IMG/VR virus record: IMGVR_UViG_3300035698_012122 | Location: 1 to 64,000 of that record | Direction: 5' to 3' (one strand) | Origin: a virus | DNA: 64,000 bases | In this document: in pieces, positions 10,033 through 19,447 of the stretch | Layout: the number at the start of each line of letters is the position of its first letter | Position numbering within the stretch: position 1 is the stretch's first letter | Notes under the pieces: model-generated | The model's database searches: none | What the model was told of the DNA's origin: nothing | The model's input: the letters and a program-made list of their open reading frames with translations, nothing else | Translations under genes and position numbers: made by a program

Positions 10033-10576
10033 AATAAATGAAGAGTTATCAAATGAAAGTGCCAAAGGCCTTAAAGACATTAACCCTGAATTGTTAAAAG
10101 TAATTTTAAAAGACGGTGGTGATGATATAGCTAGGGATGCTAAAGAGATTAAAAAGGTTTCAACTAAAGCTGGTGATGTCTACGTTGTTATAACTGATGG
10201 CCACTCTAACTACTTTAGTTTAAAGCATGGTTGGATTGGTGAAGAAGATGAAGGCCTAGATCATAAAGACTTTATCAAGCACCAAGATGAATTTGATAAG
10301 AACCTTAAGAAAAGTAAATCAGAAAAAATTACTGAAGCTCAACACTACAATACTAAAGTGCGTGAACTAGCTGAAACTATGGGTAGCCGTAAAATTAGAA
10401 TGGGTGTTAAAGAATCTAAAAAATATGTTGATAATATGATAAATGCAGATCATGCTTCACCTAACCCACTAGCTGATAAAGACCTTAAAATTCTACAGGA
10501 ATGTTCTACCCTTTTAGGTCAAACTATTCCAAGGCTTAAAGAAGTAAAGGAAACTAGACGCAAAGGTAAGAAATGA
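10016..10576 (+). CDS. Putative internal head protein with MKLC leader
   Basis: AAGGGG RBS before ATG 10016; leader MKLCNKINEE shared with other genes. Confidence 0.6.
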   Translation: MKLCNKINEELSNESAKGLKDINPELLKVILKDGGDDIARDAKEIKKVSTKAGDVYVVITDGHSNYFSLKHGWIGEEDEGLDHKDFIKHQDEFDKNLKKSKSEKITEAQHYNTKVRELAETMGSRKIRMGVKESKKYVDNMINADHASPNPLADKDLKILQECSTLLGQTIPRLKEVKETRRKGKK

Positions 10577-11247
10577 AATTATGTAGTCAAATTAATGAAG
10601 CTATAAGTAACGAATTTGAACTTCATACTTCTGGAACAATTATAGAGGCATTGAAAATTGTATTCGCTTCTTATGCACTTCCATTTGAAGTATCAGAAGT
10701 TGAAATCGGTAATGGTGTAATTACATTAGATATACAAATAATCATTGAAGAAGAGAAAAGCGAATTTGAATTGCATTTCTTTGTAGATGAAGATGGTATT
10801 CCAAATGTTGCTGTATTCGATGATGAAGATGGTGATGAAGACTTTTTTGCTCATTCACTAAAGGGCATAGCATCCACTACAAAGGGTGCTGATGGAATAA
10901 CTGATATAGTTAACCTCATTGAACCGTCATGGCTAACAGAAGCCGTTATGATGGATATTTTAATGCCAGATGAAGATTCTGAATTGGAAGCTGAATTAGA
11001 AGAAGCTACTACATTTGTAATCCGTGATGGAAAAAAAGTTAAGAAGAAATTAGTTATAAGTAGAAGAAGAAAAGTTCTAACTGCAAAACAAAAAGCTGGA
11101 ATTAGAAAAGCGGTTAAAACTCGTAAATCTAAAAAAGGCCAAACAGCTAGAAAAAGAAAAATATCTAATAAGCTTAGAAAAAGAATGAAGCTTAAAAAGA
11201 ATACTAATAAAAGGCTAAAAGTAGCTGGAACATCTAGTAGGAAATAA
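10573..11247 (+). CDS. Prohead core protein (T4 gp68-like) with MKLC leader
   Basis: Acidic N-half, then LEE-ATTFVIRDGKK and a very basic C-terminus; lies between portal and protease. Confidence 0.65.
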   Translation: MKLCSQINEAISNEFELHTSGTIIEALKIVFASYALPFEVSEVEIGNGVITLDIQIIIEEEKSEFELHFFVDEDGIPNVAVFDDEDGDEDFFAHSLKGIASTTKGADGITDIVNLIEPSWLTEAVMMDILMPDEDSELEAELEEATTFVIRDGKKVKKKLVISRRRKVLTAKQKAGIRKAVKTRKSKKGQTARKRKISNKLRKRMKLKKNTNKRLKVAGTSSRK

Positions 11248-11472
11248 ATGGCCACTGTACCAGCAACTAAATTAGAAGGTGAAAAGCTACTTATAGAGTT
11301 AAGTAAGTTTACAGCAAAAGCTGGTAGAATCTTACTTAACAAAGGTAGCAAACCTGTTGAAAAGGATGAGGCCAGAACTGCATTAGGTTTATTAAACCAT
11401 GCCCAAGGTTTAGTTGGAACATCAGACCGTTCTGCTAGAAGATTATTAGCAATAGCCAAAAGGGCCTTATAA
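11248..11472 (+). CDS. Hypothetical protein
   Basis: 74-aa ORF abutting neighbours, AGGA RBS. Confidence 0.5.
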   Translation: MATVPATKLEGEKLLIELSKFTAKAGRILLNKGSKPVEKDEARTALGLLNHAQGLVGTSDRSARRLLAIAKRAL

Positions 11473-11474
11473 AA

Positions 11475-11903
11475 ATGAATGATAAAGAAACTAAATATAG
11501 TCATGCAGATAAACAAACAATGATGAAATTGTTTGACCTCATGGAAAATGTAAATGAAAATGTTATTTCGGCAAATAAAGAAATAACTGGTCTTAAAGTA
11601 AATGTTGGCCAGAACAACGTAATTCTAAAGCAACATCATGATAGGTCTACAAACCTAGAGGAAATTGTGAAAAAAGTTAAGGACGCATTAACAGAACTAA
11701 TTAAGAAAGTTGCTTCTATTAATACTAATGTGACTAATATTGATAAAGATTTAAAACCAATTAAAACTCATGTAACTAAAATTGAAAAGTGGACTAACAT
11801 GGTTTTAGGTGTTCCACTGTTTTTTAAATTAGTTTTTTGGGGTTTTGTTTTTGTTACATCAGGTTTTGGATGCTATAACGTAATTGTTAAAATGTTAAAT
11901 TAA
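11475..11903 (+). CDS. Coiled-coil protein with C-terminal membrane segment (possible lysis accessory)
   Basis: Heptads followed by LFFKLVFWGFVFVTSGFG. Confidence 0.5.
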   Translation: MNDKETKYSHADKQTMMKLFDLMENVNENVISANKEITGLKVNVGQNNVILKQHHDRSTNLEEIVKKVKDALTELIKKVASINTNVTNIDKDLKPIKTHVTKIEKWTNMVLGVPLFFKLVFWGFVFVTSGFGCYNVIVKMLN

Positions 11904-11916
11904 GGGGTAAGGAATT

Positions 11917-12636
11917 ATGGAATTTAAGTTTAGAGAAGATGAAGATGCACAAGCGTTCCTAGCTGAAATAGGTGTATTTGAAAATATAGTTTCTATAACA
12001 AAAGAATTTGAACCAACAGATGAACAGATTAATGAGTTTATTAAATCTCGTGCTGGATATACTGGTGGAAGTAAAGATAAAGATAAATCTAATGCACAAA
12101 AAAAGAATTGGAGAAAAAACAAGGGAAAAATTAAGCGTGGCATTAAATCTTTCCATAAATCAGTTGAGGGAAAAAAGTTCCACCGTAATATGGGTAGATT
12201 TTTGGCAACTAGAATTACCAGAGATAAACTATCAGATAGGAAAGATGAAGCCTTTTCGATACTGGAAAATTTAGAATATATCAAAGCACTAAACAGTGCT
12301 AAACAACAGCTATATATAGAGTTAGACTATTTCCATCCCTTAACAGAACAAGCACAATTAGAATCTTTAGTGATGGATTACGCAGTGCCTTTTTTCCGAT
12401 CAATTGAAGAAAAGATGGTTTTCAATGAAGATTTAACAGTTGATGAATTTGATTTTTTACTTGAAATCGTAGACGAAACTAAACTATTATTAGAACTATC
12501 CGATAGTATTAACGTACCTATTGATAAATTGACGGAAATGTGGAAACCTATAGTAGTTAAACTAAATGTAGAAGATGGGTTTTCTCTTGAGCAATTCAAT
12601 GAAGAGTTAGCTAATGAAGTAAGGACACTTAATTAA
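11917..12636 (+). CDS. Putative prohead core/head protein
   Basis: Basic segment (KKNWRKNK..FHRNMGRF) flanked by acidic regions; directly before the protease. Confidence 0.45.
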   Translation: MEFKFREDEDAQAFLAEIGVFENIVSITKEFEPTDEQINEFIKSRAGYTGGSKDKDKSNAQKKNWRKNKGKIKRGIKSFHKSVEGKKFHRNMGRFLATRITRDKLSDRKDEAFSILENLEYIKALNSAKQQLYIELDYFHPLTEQAQLESLVMDYAVPFFRSIEEKMVFNEDLTVDEFDFLLEIVDETKLLLELSDSINVPIDKLTEMWKPIVVKLNVEDGFSLEQFNEELANEVRTLN

Positions 12637-13983
12637 ATGAAGAACGTACCTATAATAGGCATTTCAAATGAACGTGTAAAATTTGAAATAGTCGAATCAA
12701 ATGAAGTTGATGGTGAACATATCATTGCTAAAGTGCGTGGTGTATTTTTCGTTCCAGATGGTAAATCAAGAAATGGTAGATACTATCCAAAAGAACTTTG
12801 GGAAAATGTTGTAAGTGACCCTGAAGTAATCGACAAATTAAAAACTAAAGCAATGTATGGAACTGTTGGTCATAGTCAAAAGATTGATGATGATGCAATT
12901 CTAAAAGGTTTAGTTTCTCATATTGTAACAAACATGGAAATTAAGAATGGTAAAGGAATTGGTGAAGCACTAATTCTGAATACACCAGCAGGTAAAAATC
13001 TAAATACGATATTACAAGCTGGTGGGTCAATGTTCGTTTCCACTAGAGCTGATGGTACTTTTGAAGGTAAACATGAAGGGTTGCCAATCGTTAGCCCAAA
13101 GACCTACAATTTCAATACAGTAGATTTTGTATTAGATGCTGGTTTTATAGAAGCCAATCCAAGCTTAACAGAAGCATATAATAATATATTAGAAACAAAC
13201 CAAGATAATAATGAAAACAAGGAAGGTAATATCATGTCTGAAAAACTAATTAAAATGCTATCTGATAGCAACGTAGACCTCAAAGTAGAAGTAAAAACTC
13301 TAACAGAGAGTCATTCAACTTTAACAGAAGAAAAAACTGTTTTAGAAGAAGAAAACAAACACCTATCAGGTGAAATGGTTAAGTTTGAAGAAGCAACTAA
13401 GAAAATTAAAGAAATGGAAGATGAAAAAGAAGCCGATGCTGAAAAGAAGAAGGAAGATGATAAAGAACTTTCAGAATTTAAAGAACTTGGTGAATCTTCA
13501 TCTGATGTTAAAGGCACTTTAAATAATGCTTTAACACATATTAAAAAAGTAAATGAAGAACTTGGTGGTTTTGATAATGCTAAAACAGCATTAGAAACAG
13601 CAATTACTTTTAAGAAATCAGTTGATGAAGCTGGTGGACTAGAAACTTTGATTGAAGCAAAAGCTAAGATTAAAGAAATGGAAGATGAAAAAGAAGATGA
13701 AGATAAAGAAAAAGAGAAAAAAGAACTAGCTGAAGAGTTAGGAATTTCTGAAGAAAAAGTAGCTGAATTACTAGAAACTAATTCTGCTGATGGAATCAGA
13801 AAAATGTTTACAGCATTAGAAGAAAATTTAGATAAGTCTAAATACAAAAAAATCTTTGAAAAGAAAAAAGCTAAATCTGAAGAAGATGATGGTGAAGATG
13901 ATGAAGATGATGATGAAGATGATGCTGATATTTCAGAATCTAAAATCTTATCAAAGAGTAATGCAAATTCAGTAAGTATGTAA
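12637..13983 (+). CDS. Prohead protease (gp21-like) fused to a scaffold coiled coil
   Basis: RNGRYY, GTVGH, ILNTPAG, VSTRADG and TVDFV protease motifs in the first 190 aa; E/K-rich coiled coil after. Confidence 0.88.
   Translation: MKNVPIIGISNERVKFEIVESNEVDGEHIIAKVRGVFFVPDGKSRNGRYYPKELWENVVSDPEVIDKLKTKAMYGTVGHSQKIDDDAILKGLVSHIVTNMEIKNGKGIGEALILNTPAGKNLNTILQAGGSMFVSTRADGTFEGKHEGLPIVSPKTYNFNTVDFVLDAGFIEANPSLTEAYNNILETNQDNNENKEGNIMSEKLIKMLSDSNVDLKVEVKTLTESHSTLTEEKTVLEEENKHLSGEMVKFEEATKKIKEMEDEKEADAEKKKEDDKELSEFKELGESSSDVKGTLNNALTHIKKVNEELGGFDNAKTALETAITFKKSVDEAGGLETLIEAKAKIKEMEDEKEDEDKEKEKKELAEELGISEEKVAELLETNSADGIRKMFTALEENLDKSKYKKIFEKKKAKSEEDDGEDDEDDDEDDADISESKILSKSNANSVSM
13234..13983 (+). 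CDS. Possible nested scaffold protein (in-frame internal start)
   Basis: AAGGAAGGT six bases before in-frame ATG 13234, at the protease/coiled-coil boundary. Confidence 0.55.
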   Translation: MSEKLIKMLSDSNVDLKVEVKTLTESHSTLTEEKTVLEEENKHLSGEMVKFEEATKKIKEMEDEKEADAEKKKEDDKELSEFKELGESSSDVKGTLNNALTHIKKVNEELGGFDNAKTALETAITFKKSVDEAGGLETLIEAKAKIKEMEDEKEDEDKEKEKKELAEELGISEEKVAELLETNSADGIRKMFTALEENLDKSKYKKIFEKKKAKSEEDDGEDDEDDDEDDADISESKILSKSNANSVSM

Positions 13984-13997
13984 TAAATAGAGTAATT

Positions 13998-14040
13998 TGT
14001 GTGGGTGCTACACTTTAGCTAATCCACACATTTTTTGTTT
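13998..14040 (+). terminator. Hairpin plus U-tract (terminator or attenuator) between scaffold and capsid genes
   Basis: TGTGTGG..CCACACA stem followed by TTTTTTGTTT. Confidence 0.55.
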
Positions 14041-14077
14041 TTCCCAATTTGAGTTTAGTTTGGTTTCTACACTTTAG
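14008..14077 (+). repeat. Two copies of CTACACTTTAG, each capping a hairpin
   Basis: Copies at 14008-14018 and 14067-14077; stems extend differently (GCTA/TAGC and TTCTA/TAGAA). Confidence 0.7.
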
Positions 14078-14150
14078 AATACACATAAAGAAAATTAGGG
14101 ATATTTTTTTAGAGTAACTAATATTAATCATAATTTATGGAGAAATTATT

Positions 14151-15584
14151 ATGAAACCAAATGAAATTAACGAAGATGTACTAAACCAAGAAAACACAAG
14201 ATTAGCTGAAGGGTATTGGAAAAAATACAAGAAGCAAATGCAATCACTGGAAAATGGTCTAGTTAATAAAGCTATGACACTTTCAGAACACCACATGGCT
14301 CAACTAGGTATGCAGTTAGACCAGTGGGAAAAATATACGCAAATGATGGAATCAAATGGTTCTTTAAACTCACTTGGAGAATTGCCAACAGTTGCACTAG
14401 ATGTAATTACAGCAACTTTAAGTGAATCAATTTTACCAGTAATTAGTTCTATTCAAACAATCAAAGCTCAAAACTCTTTAATTTGGTTTAAAGATATTGT
14501 TGCACTTGATTCAAAAGGTAATGTTACTGCTGGTGATGTTATGGTTAACCCAACTGAAGGTGTTAAAACACCACAAGGTTATGCTTCAGCTCAAGTAACT
14601 GGTGAAGATTCTGGTGATACAACTACTGGTACATTCGCTTATACTCATACTGTTAACGGTGGTGAATCTATCCGTAGACAAAATGTTAAAATTTATCTTC
14701 TATCAGATCCAGCAGTTTTTGCTAAAGATTTTGATGGTAAAGGTAAAGCATACGGTGAAGGCATGAGTGCTGTAATTGATTATGCAACTGGTATTATCGA
14801 AGTAACTCTAAGTGCAGACCCAGCTACAGGTGATAAGATCATGGTAGACTATGTTCAAAACTTAGAAGAAATGAGTGATGTTCGTAGACTTGGTTCACAA
14901 CTAAGAAGTGACAACATTGTTGCTATTCCTTATGCACTTAAGGGTGTTGCTGGAATGTTCCAAATGTTTGAACTTAAACAAACTTTTGGTGATTCTGCAT
15001 TACAAGATATGACTGATGATTTAGTTAGAGGTATCAATGCAGAGATTGGTGGAGATTTAATTTCTAAGTATAAAGCTAATGCACAAGGTACTACTTTATT
15101 CCAAGAATATAATCCACTAGTTCATACTGGTGTTCCAGAAGCAGATCATAACGCGGCCTACGCTTATAGACGAGCTGATGCTGAATCAGTAATCATGTCT
15201 AACAGTGGTAGAGGTGTAATTAAAGTTGTTATCGCTGGACATTTACATTGTGCAAAACTTAGAGGCATGGATGGATTTAATCTTCTATCTGATGGTGGAA
15301 GTTTAGGTGCTCATATTTTTGGTACACATAAAGGTGTTACTTATGTAAGAGTTCCAGATGAAAGTATTCTTGATAAGAGAGCTGGACTTGGAATCTTTAC
15401 TGGTACGAAGCCACTTGAAAGTGCTGGTGTTTATGCACCGTATATGCCACTTACAATTGGTGCTTCACCACTAGGGCCAAATCCATTAACGGAACAAAAA
15501 GTTGCGGCGAGTATGGCAGGAACTAAATGTGTTGTTCCAGCTTATGTTACGAACTTCAATGTTGCAGTAACTCCAAACCCATAA
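14151..15584 (+). CDS. Major capsid protein (T4 gp23-like)
   Basis: 477 aa after protease; GINAEI and GVYAPYMPL gp23-like motifs; GGAG RBS; terminator follows. Confidence 0.9.
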   Translation: MKPNEINEDVLNQENTRLAEGYWKKYKKQMQSLENGLVNKAMTLSEHHMAQLGMQLDQWEKYTQMMESNGSLNSLGELPTVALDVITATLSESILPVISSIQTIKAQNSLIWFKDIVALDSKGNVTAGDVMVNPTEGVKTPQGYASAQVTGEDSGDTTTGTFAYTHTVNGGESIRRQNVKIYLLSDPAVFAKDFDGKGKAYGEGMSAVIDYATGIIEVTLSADPATGDKIMVDYVQNLEEMSDVRRLGSQLRSDNIVAIPYALKGVAGMFQMFELKQTFGDSALQDMTDDLVRGINAEIGGDLISKYKANAQGTTLFQEYNPLVHTGVPEADHNAAYAYRRADAESVIMSNSGRGVIKVVIAGHLHCAKLRGMDGFNLLSDGGSLGAHIFGTHKGVTYVRVPDESILDKRAGLGIFTGTKPLESAGVYAPYMPLTIGASPLGPNPLTEQKVAASMAGTKCVVPAYVTNFNVAVTPNP

Positions 15585-15604
15585 GTCTAAATAACAATTA
15601 AACT

Positions 15605-15640
15605 AAGCAGTAGGGTGTAAAAGCCCCACTGCTTTTTTTG
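15605..15640 (+). terminator. Rho-independent terminator
   Basis: AAGCAGTAGGG..CCCCACTGCTT stem followed by a T run. Confidence 0.85.
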
Positions 15641-15659
15641 TTAAACAAGGAAACTAAAC

Positions 15660-16250
15660 ATGATTAAATACAAACTAAATAATGCTAGAAAAACTCAGGT
15701 TTCAACTGCAAAAATTGGTGGAAAAAGAATTGTTTTAGAATCAGGTGGAGAAAAGATAATTTCCTTTACAGATTTTAAGCGGTTTGAAAAATCTTTAAAC
15801 TCTCTAGTAACTTCAAATATTATTACTTGTGAAAAGCTTATTGGTGAAAAAGCCAAAGAAGCTAAAATAAGTGGTGATGAACCTTTATCTGATGAAGCTA
15901 AGAAAAAAATTGCTGATGATGCTGAAGCTAAAAGAATAGCTGATGAAGAAGAAGCTCAAGCTAAAAAAGATGAAGAAGAAGCTGAAGAAAAAAGAGTAGC
16001 CGATGAAGCTGAAGCTAAGAGATTAGCAGATGAAGAAGAAGCTAGTAATAAAGCCCCTGATGATGCTAATGAAACTGATGAATCTAAAGAAGGTTCTGAT
16101 GATGAAAATAAAGCACCTGATGCTGATATTGATTCTAATAACCCTGATAGTGATGCAAGTGTTCCAAGCAGTGAAGCTAAAGACACACAAGCACAACATA
16201 AAAATCAAGGTGGTAGAAACAATAACAGAAGCCGTAATAGAAACAAGTAA
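15660..16250 (+). CDS. Acidic low-complexity protein
   Basis: AD(D/E)AEAKR(I/L)ADEEEA repeats; AAGGA RBS. Confidence 0.6.
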   Translation: MIKYKLNNARKTQVSTAKIGGKRIVLESGGEKIISFTDFKRFEKSLNSLVTSNIITCEKLIGEKAKEAKISGDEPLSDEAKKKIADDAEAKRIADEEEAQAKKDEEEAEEKRVADEAEAKRLADEEEASNKAPDDANETDESKEGSDDENKAPDADIDSNNPDSDASVPSSEAKDTQAQHKNQGGRNNNRSRNRNK

Positions 16251-16269
16251 GAAATAATGGGGTATTGGT

Positions 16270-16938
16270 TTGAATATCAAGGATATATTTAACAGAATTA
16301 TTCAGAAGTCAGGCCAGTATCTTCTCTCTACATCTAATATCGAAATTAATATTGATGCATTTAGAATACTAGTTGAAGATGCTTTATCTATCTACAACAA
16401 AGCTTCACCATATGATAAGACAATGCAAATTGATCTTGGTGGTAGAAGACGTTGTTTCTTAGATGAAGATGAAGACTTTATTGAAGTAGGCAGAATACCA
16501 GATTGGATTTCTAAAGCTACACCAATTTTAAATTACAGCATGGGTGTAAATCCAAGCTTTTTATCACCAGCTTTTTCAGCTAGTGGTTATAATCAATCCG
16601 AACCTATTGAAGCCCTTCACAAATATGCAAAGCCATGGATGACAGTTAATATCTCTGGTGATTGGGAAGTGATTGGTGTTTGGAATCATAAAGTAGAAAA
16701 AATAGAAAATGAAAGTAATGAATATGAAGTAAAAACTATAACAGTTGAAGACATGGTATTTTTTGACATTCTAAAAGCAATGTTCTTACAAGGTATTGGT
16801 TTATCTCGTAGAGCTTTTACAATGGATAATTTACCACTAGCTATGGATGCAGATTCATTAGTCTCTGATGCTGAAACACAATTATCAACAGCGAAAGAAG
16901 AATTGCAGAATGTGCAAAAATTCTACTTATGGATATAA
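16270..16938 (+). CDS. Head-tail connector/neck protein (gp13-like)
   Basis: Position after capsid; C-terminal GIGLSRRAF..DADSLVSDA adaptor-like pattern. Confidence 0.55.
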   Translation: MNIKDIFNRIIQKSGQYLLSTSNIEINIDAFRILVEDALSIYNKASPYDKTMQIDLGGRRRCFLDEDEDFIEVGRIPDWISKATPILNYSMGVNPSFLSPAFSASGYNQSEPIEALHKYAKPWMTVNISGDWEVIGVWNHKVEKIENESNEYEVKTITVEDMVFFDILKAMFLQGIGLSRRAFTMDNLPLAMDADSLVSDAETQLSTAKEELQNVQKFYLWI

Positions 16939-16941
16939 CTA

Positions 16942-17595
16942 ATGTCTCTGAAACTAAGAGTTGTAAAAAAAGAAATGAAACAGGGTGGTGCTTCTAAAGT
17001 AAAGAACTACACACCGCCTAGATTCCTTTGGAGGGATGCTAATAACTATCCAGAACTTTCAATTGTGAATGGTACTTTTGATATGATACCAAGGAATGTT
17101 AGAAAACCTAGTCCAGATATTGATTTTGTAGGTGTAATTAAATCAGAGTTTCCAAATAGAAAAAAGCCTAAAGGCAATTCAAAGGGTGTAGGCCCGTCTT
17201 ATAAAGTAACAATTAAATTCCAAAAAATAAAAATGAGTAAAGAACCTACCAGAGAAAACACTGAAAGGTTGGAAGATAAAGGTGAAACATTTTATTACAA
17301 AATGCCTTCACTAGCTAAAAATCCAGCTAAGATTAGATGTCAATGCGTAGACTTTAGACATAAGTTTGAAACACCAATTGCACGAGCTGGTGCTTTAGCA
17401 TATGGAAGCCCTAGGGGTTATAAAAGAAAAACTGAAGAACCTACTGATGCAAATATGCTAAAGTGGGAAGCTGGTGAATTAGAAAAGAAACCAATGCCAT
17501 ATGCAAACCCAACAGATAAACTAGGGTACTGCAAACATATACACTCATTCTTAGCATATCTTATTGATGATGCTAAAATGGTGAAACAATCATGA
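16942..17595 (+). CDS. SWIM zinc-finger-like protein
   Basis: CQCVDF..CKHI motif. Confidence 0.7.
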   Translation: MSLKLRVVKKEMKQGGASKVKNYTPPRFLWRDANNYPELSIVNGTFDMIPRNVRKPSPDIDFVGVIKSEFPNRKKPKGNSKGVGPSYKVTIKFQKIKMSKEPTRENTERLEDKGETFYYKMPSLAKNPAKIRCQCVDFRHKFETPIARAGALAYGSPRGYKRKTEEPTDANMLKWEAGELEKKPMPYANPTDKLGYCKHIHSFLAYLIDDAKMVKQS

Positions 17596-18002
17596 GTAGC
17601 TTTGTACAAGACGTTGAACGTATAGTTAAACAGCAAAGTGAAAGTGGTCTAATATATTTAGAAAACTATTATGGTTTAGAATTAGAACTGATGAGAGAAG
17701 ACGTACTTGGTGATAAGATGTCTGATGCATATGGTTCATCTGCTGGTGTAACAGTTTCAAAAATATCAGAATTTAAAGGTGTTCTACAAGGTGATGACTT
17801 TATACAGAAATCGGATCATTTTGCTGGAAACTTTGAAGAAGGTTTTTTATATACTAGAAGCAAAGATATAAAAGTAACCGATGTTATAAAAGTTAAAAAC
17901 ACTGAAGGTGTTACTAGAAAATATAAAGTGGTAGCTATAGAATCAATCGGGTTTACAACTAAAATATTTACAATGTATAAATTAACGAATCTTGGAGAAT
18001 AA
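17592..18002 (+). CDS. Head closure/neck protein (gp14-like)
   Basis: Size, position, IKVTDVIKV..YKVVAIE beta pattern. Confidence 0.5.
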   Translation: MSSFVQDVERIVKQQSESGLIYLENYYGLELELMREDVLGDKMSDAYGSSAGVTVSKISEFKGVLQGDDFIQKSDHFAGNFEEGFLYTRSKDIKVTDVIKVKNTEGVTRKYKVVAIESIGFTTKIFTMYKLTNLGE

Positions 18003-18003
18003 T

Positions 18004-18318
18004 ATGAAACTATGTGAAGAACTAGATGTTGCTATGAATGAAGAGATTGTCCAAGTTACTAAAGATTTAAAAATGGTGGACAAGTCTAAAGCAACAGGTA
18101 AAGGCAAGAAGCCTATTATATACCTAAATGGTTCGGATGGTTACTGGTACAATAAAAGTGGAATATTAAATCAGATTAGAGCTAAAGGTGAAATAAAAGA
18201 ATTTGGTTTTACCAAAGGAAATGATGACATGGCAAAAGCTGAAAAAGATTTTATGGATAAAAAAATAACAATGTCAGCTTATTATGAACTAGCATCTGAA
18301 TTAGACCACAACAATTAA
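18004..18318 (+). CDS. Putative internal head protein with MKLC leader
   Basis: GGAG RBS before ATG 18004; MKLCEELDVAMNEE. Confidence 0.6.
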   Translation: MKLCEELDVAMNEEIVQVTKDLKMVDKSKATGKGKKPIIYLNGSDGYWYNKSGILNQIRAKGEIKEFGFTKGNDDMAKAEKDFMDKKITMSAYYELASELDHNN

Positions 18319-18328
18319 GGATATAAAT

Positions 18329-18742
18329 ATGAAACTATGTGAAGAACTAAACAAAGAAGTTAAAATGAGTACCAGTGAAGCAATTGATAACAACACCTAT
18401 CTAGGTGGTTATTTAAATGCACTTCTATTTGTTGGAACTGATGAAGAAGATAACCCATTAGATGATGAACATGACATTGACGATATTGATAAAGATTCTG
18501 TTAAGAAATCTGAAAAAGATATTGCTAAGTTTCTTAAAATGGCTAAAAAAGAATTAGAAGGAATTGAAGCTGATGATTCACAAATTGGTCATGACATTCT
18601 AATGACTAGACAAGGCACTGGTGTTGGTTTTCTCGATAGAGACTATGCTGATGATGCAATATTAAAAAAGTTAGATGGGTATGCTGATAAGCTTGGAAGC
18701 GTTTCACCTTTTGCTGAAAACGGAACTGTAGGAATTGATTAA
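18329..18742 (+). CDS. Putative internal head protein with MKLC leader, acidic
   Basis: MKLCEELNKE; first 21 nt identical to the 18004 gene; GHDILMTRQGTGVGFLDR motif. Confidence 0.6.
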   Translation: MKLCEELNKEVKMSTSEAIDNNTYLGGYLNALLFVGTDEEDNPLDDEHDIDDIDKDSVKKSEKDIAKFLKMAKKELEGIEADDSQIGHDILMTRQGTGVGFLDRDYADDAILKKLDGYADKLGSVSPFAENGTVGID

Positions 18743-19428
18743 TGAGTTATGAAAACTTACCAGATTCAACATTAGATGTAGTCACAAGTGCTGGTGCTGT
18801 AATGTCTGAATTTAAACAGATGGTGAAAGTAGAAATGCCAAATGTTTCAACGGTTTTCGATCCACTATTATCTTATGATTCTGCTGTAGCAAAATTCTTA
18901 AAAGAAAATAAAAATTATGAAGGTAGCCCACTTCCACTTTTTGCATATAACAGAACCATTACAAATTACGGTGATGTTGGATTACAAAAGAGAAGTAAAA
19001 GGGCCACTGGTTGTATTGCTTTAGAAAACCAAGATGGGATAGCTAAATACTCAGTCATGCAGGGGGAATTTATAATTAACTTCCTTTACATAACGCAAAG
19101 CATGGAAGAAGTGGAAAGGTTTGAAGTTGCTTACTATGGTGAAGGAATATCCAAAACAACGGAAATAATCGTATCAATGCCAAAGCTAGGTGATTTTAGC
19201 TACTTTTTAGATTACAATGAATTAGATGATATTGTTATTGAAAAAGAGGGGTCATACTACAAAAGCGTAATTGGAACTATAAAAGTGCGTGGAATGTATT
19301 TCACATTCAAGGGCCAATCTGCTTTAATTAAAGAAATAACGTCAAGGATAATATCTTCAAACAATATTCCACTGTTGGAAGAAAATGAAGTATTAGGAAA
19401 TATATTAATAGATGAAACAGATAATTAG
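18742..19428 (+). CDS. Tail completion/sheath terminator-like protein
   Basis: Position before sheath; PLPLFAYNR motif; size. Confidence 0.45.
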   Translation: MSYENLPDSTLDVVTSAGAVMSEFKQMVKVEMPNVSTVFDPLLSYDSAVAKFLKENKNYEGSPLPLFAYNRTITNYGDVGLQKRSKRATGCIALENQDGIAKYSVMQGEFIINFLYITQSMEEVERFEVAYYGEGISKTTEIIVSMPKLGDFSYFLDYNELDDIVIEKEGSYYKSVIGTIKVRGMYFTFKGQSALIKEITSRIISSNNIPLLEENEVLGNILIDETDN

Positions 19429-19447
19429 ATAATAAGGGGAAATTCCA

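Noticed and set aside
15900-16140. GAA/GAT/GCT-rich repeats as a non-coding repeat element
   Set aside because: Explained by the acidic low-complexity protein repeats in 15660..16250
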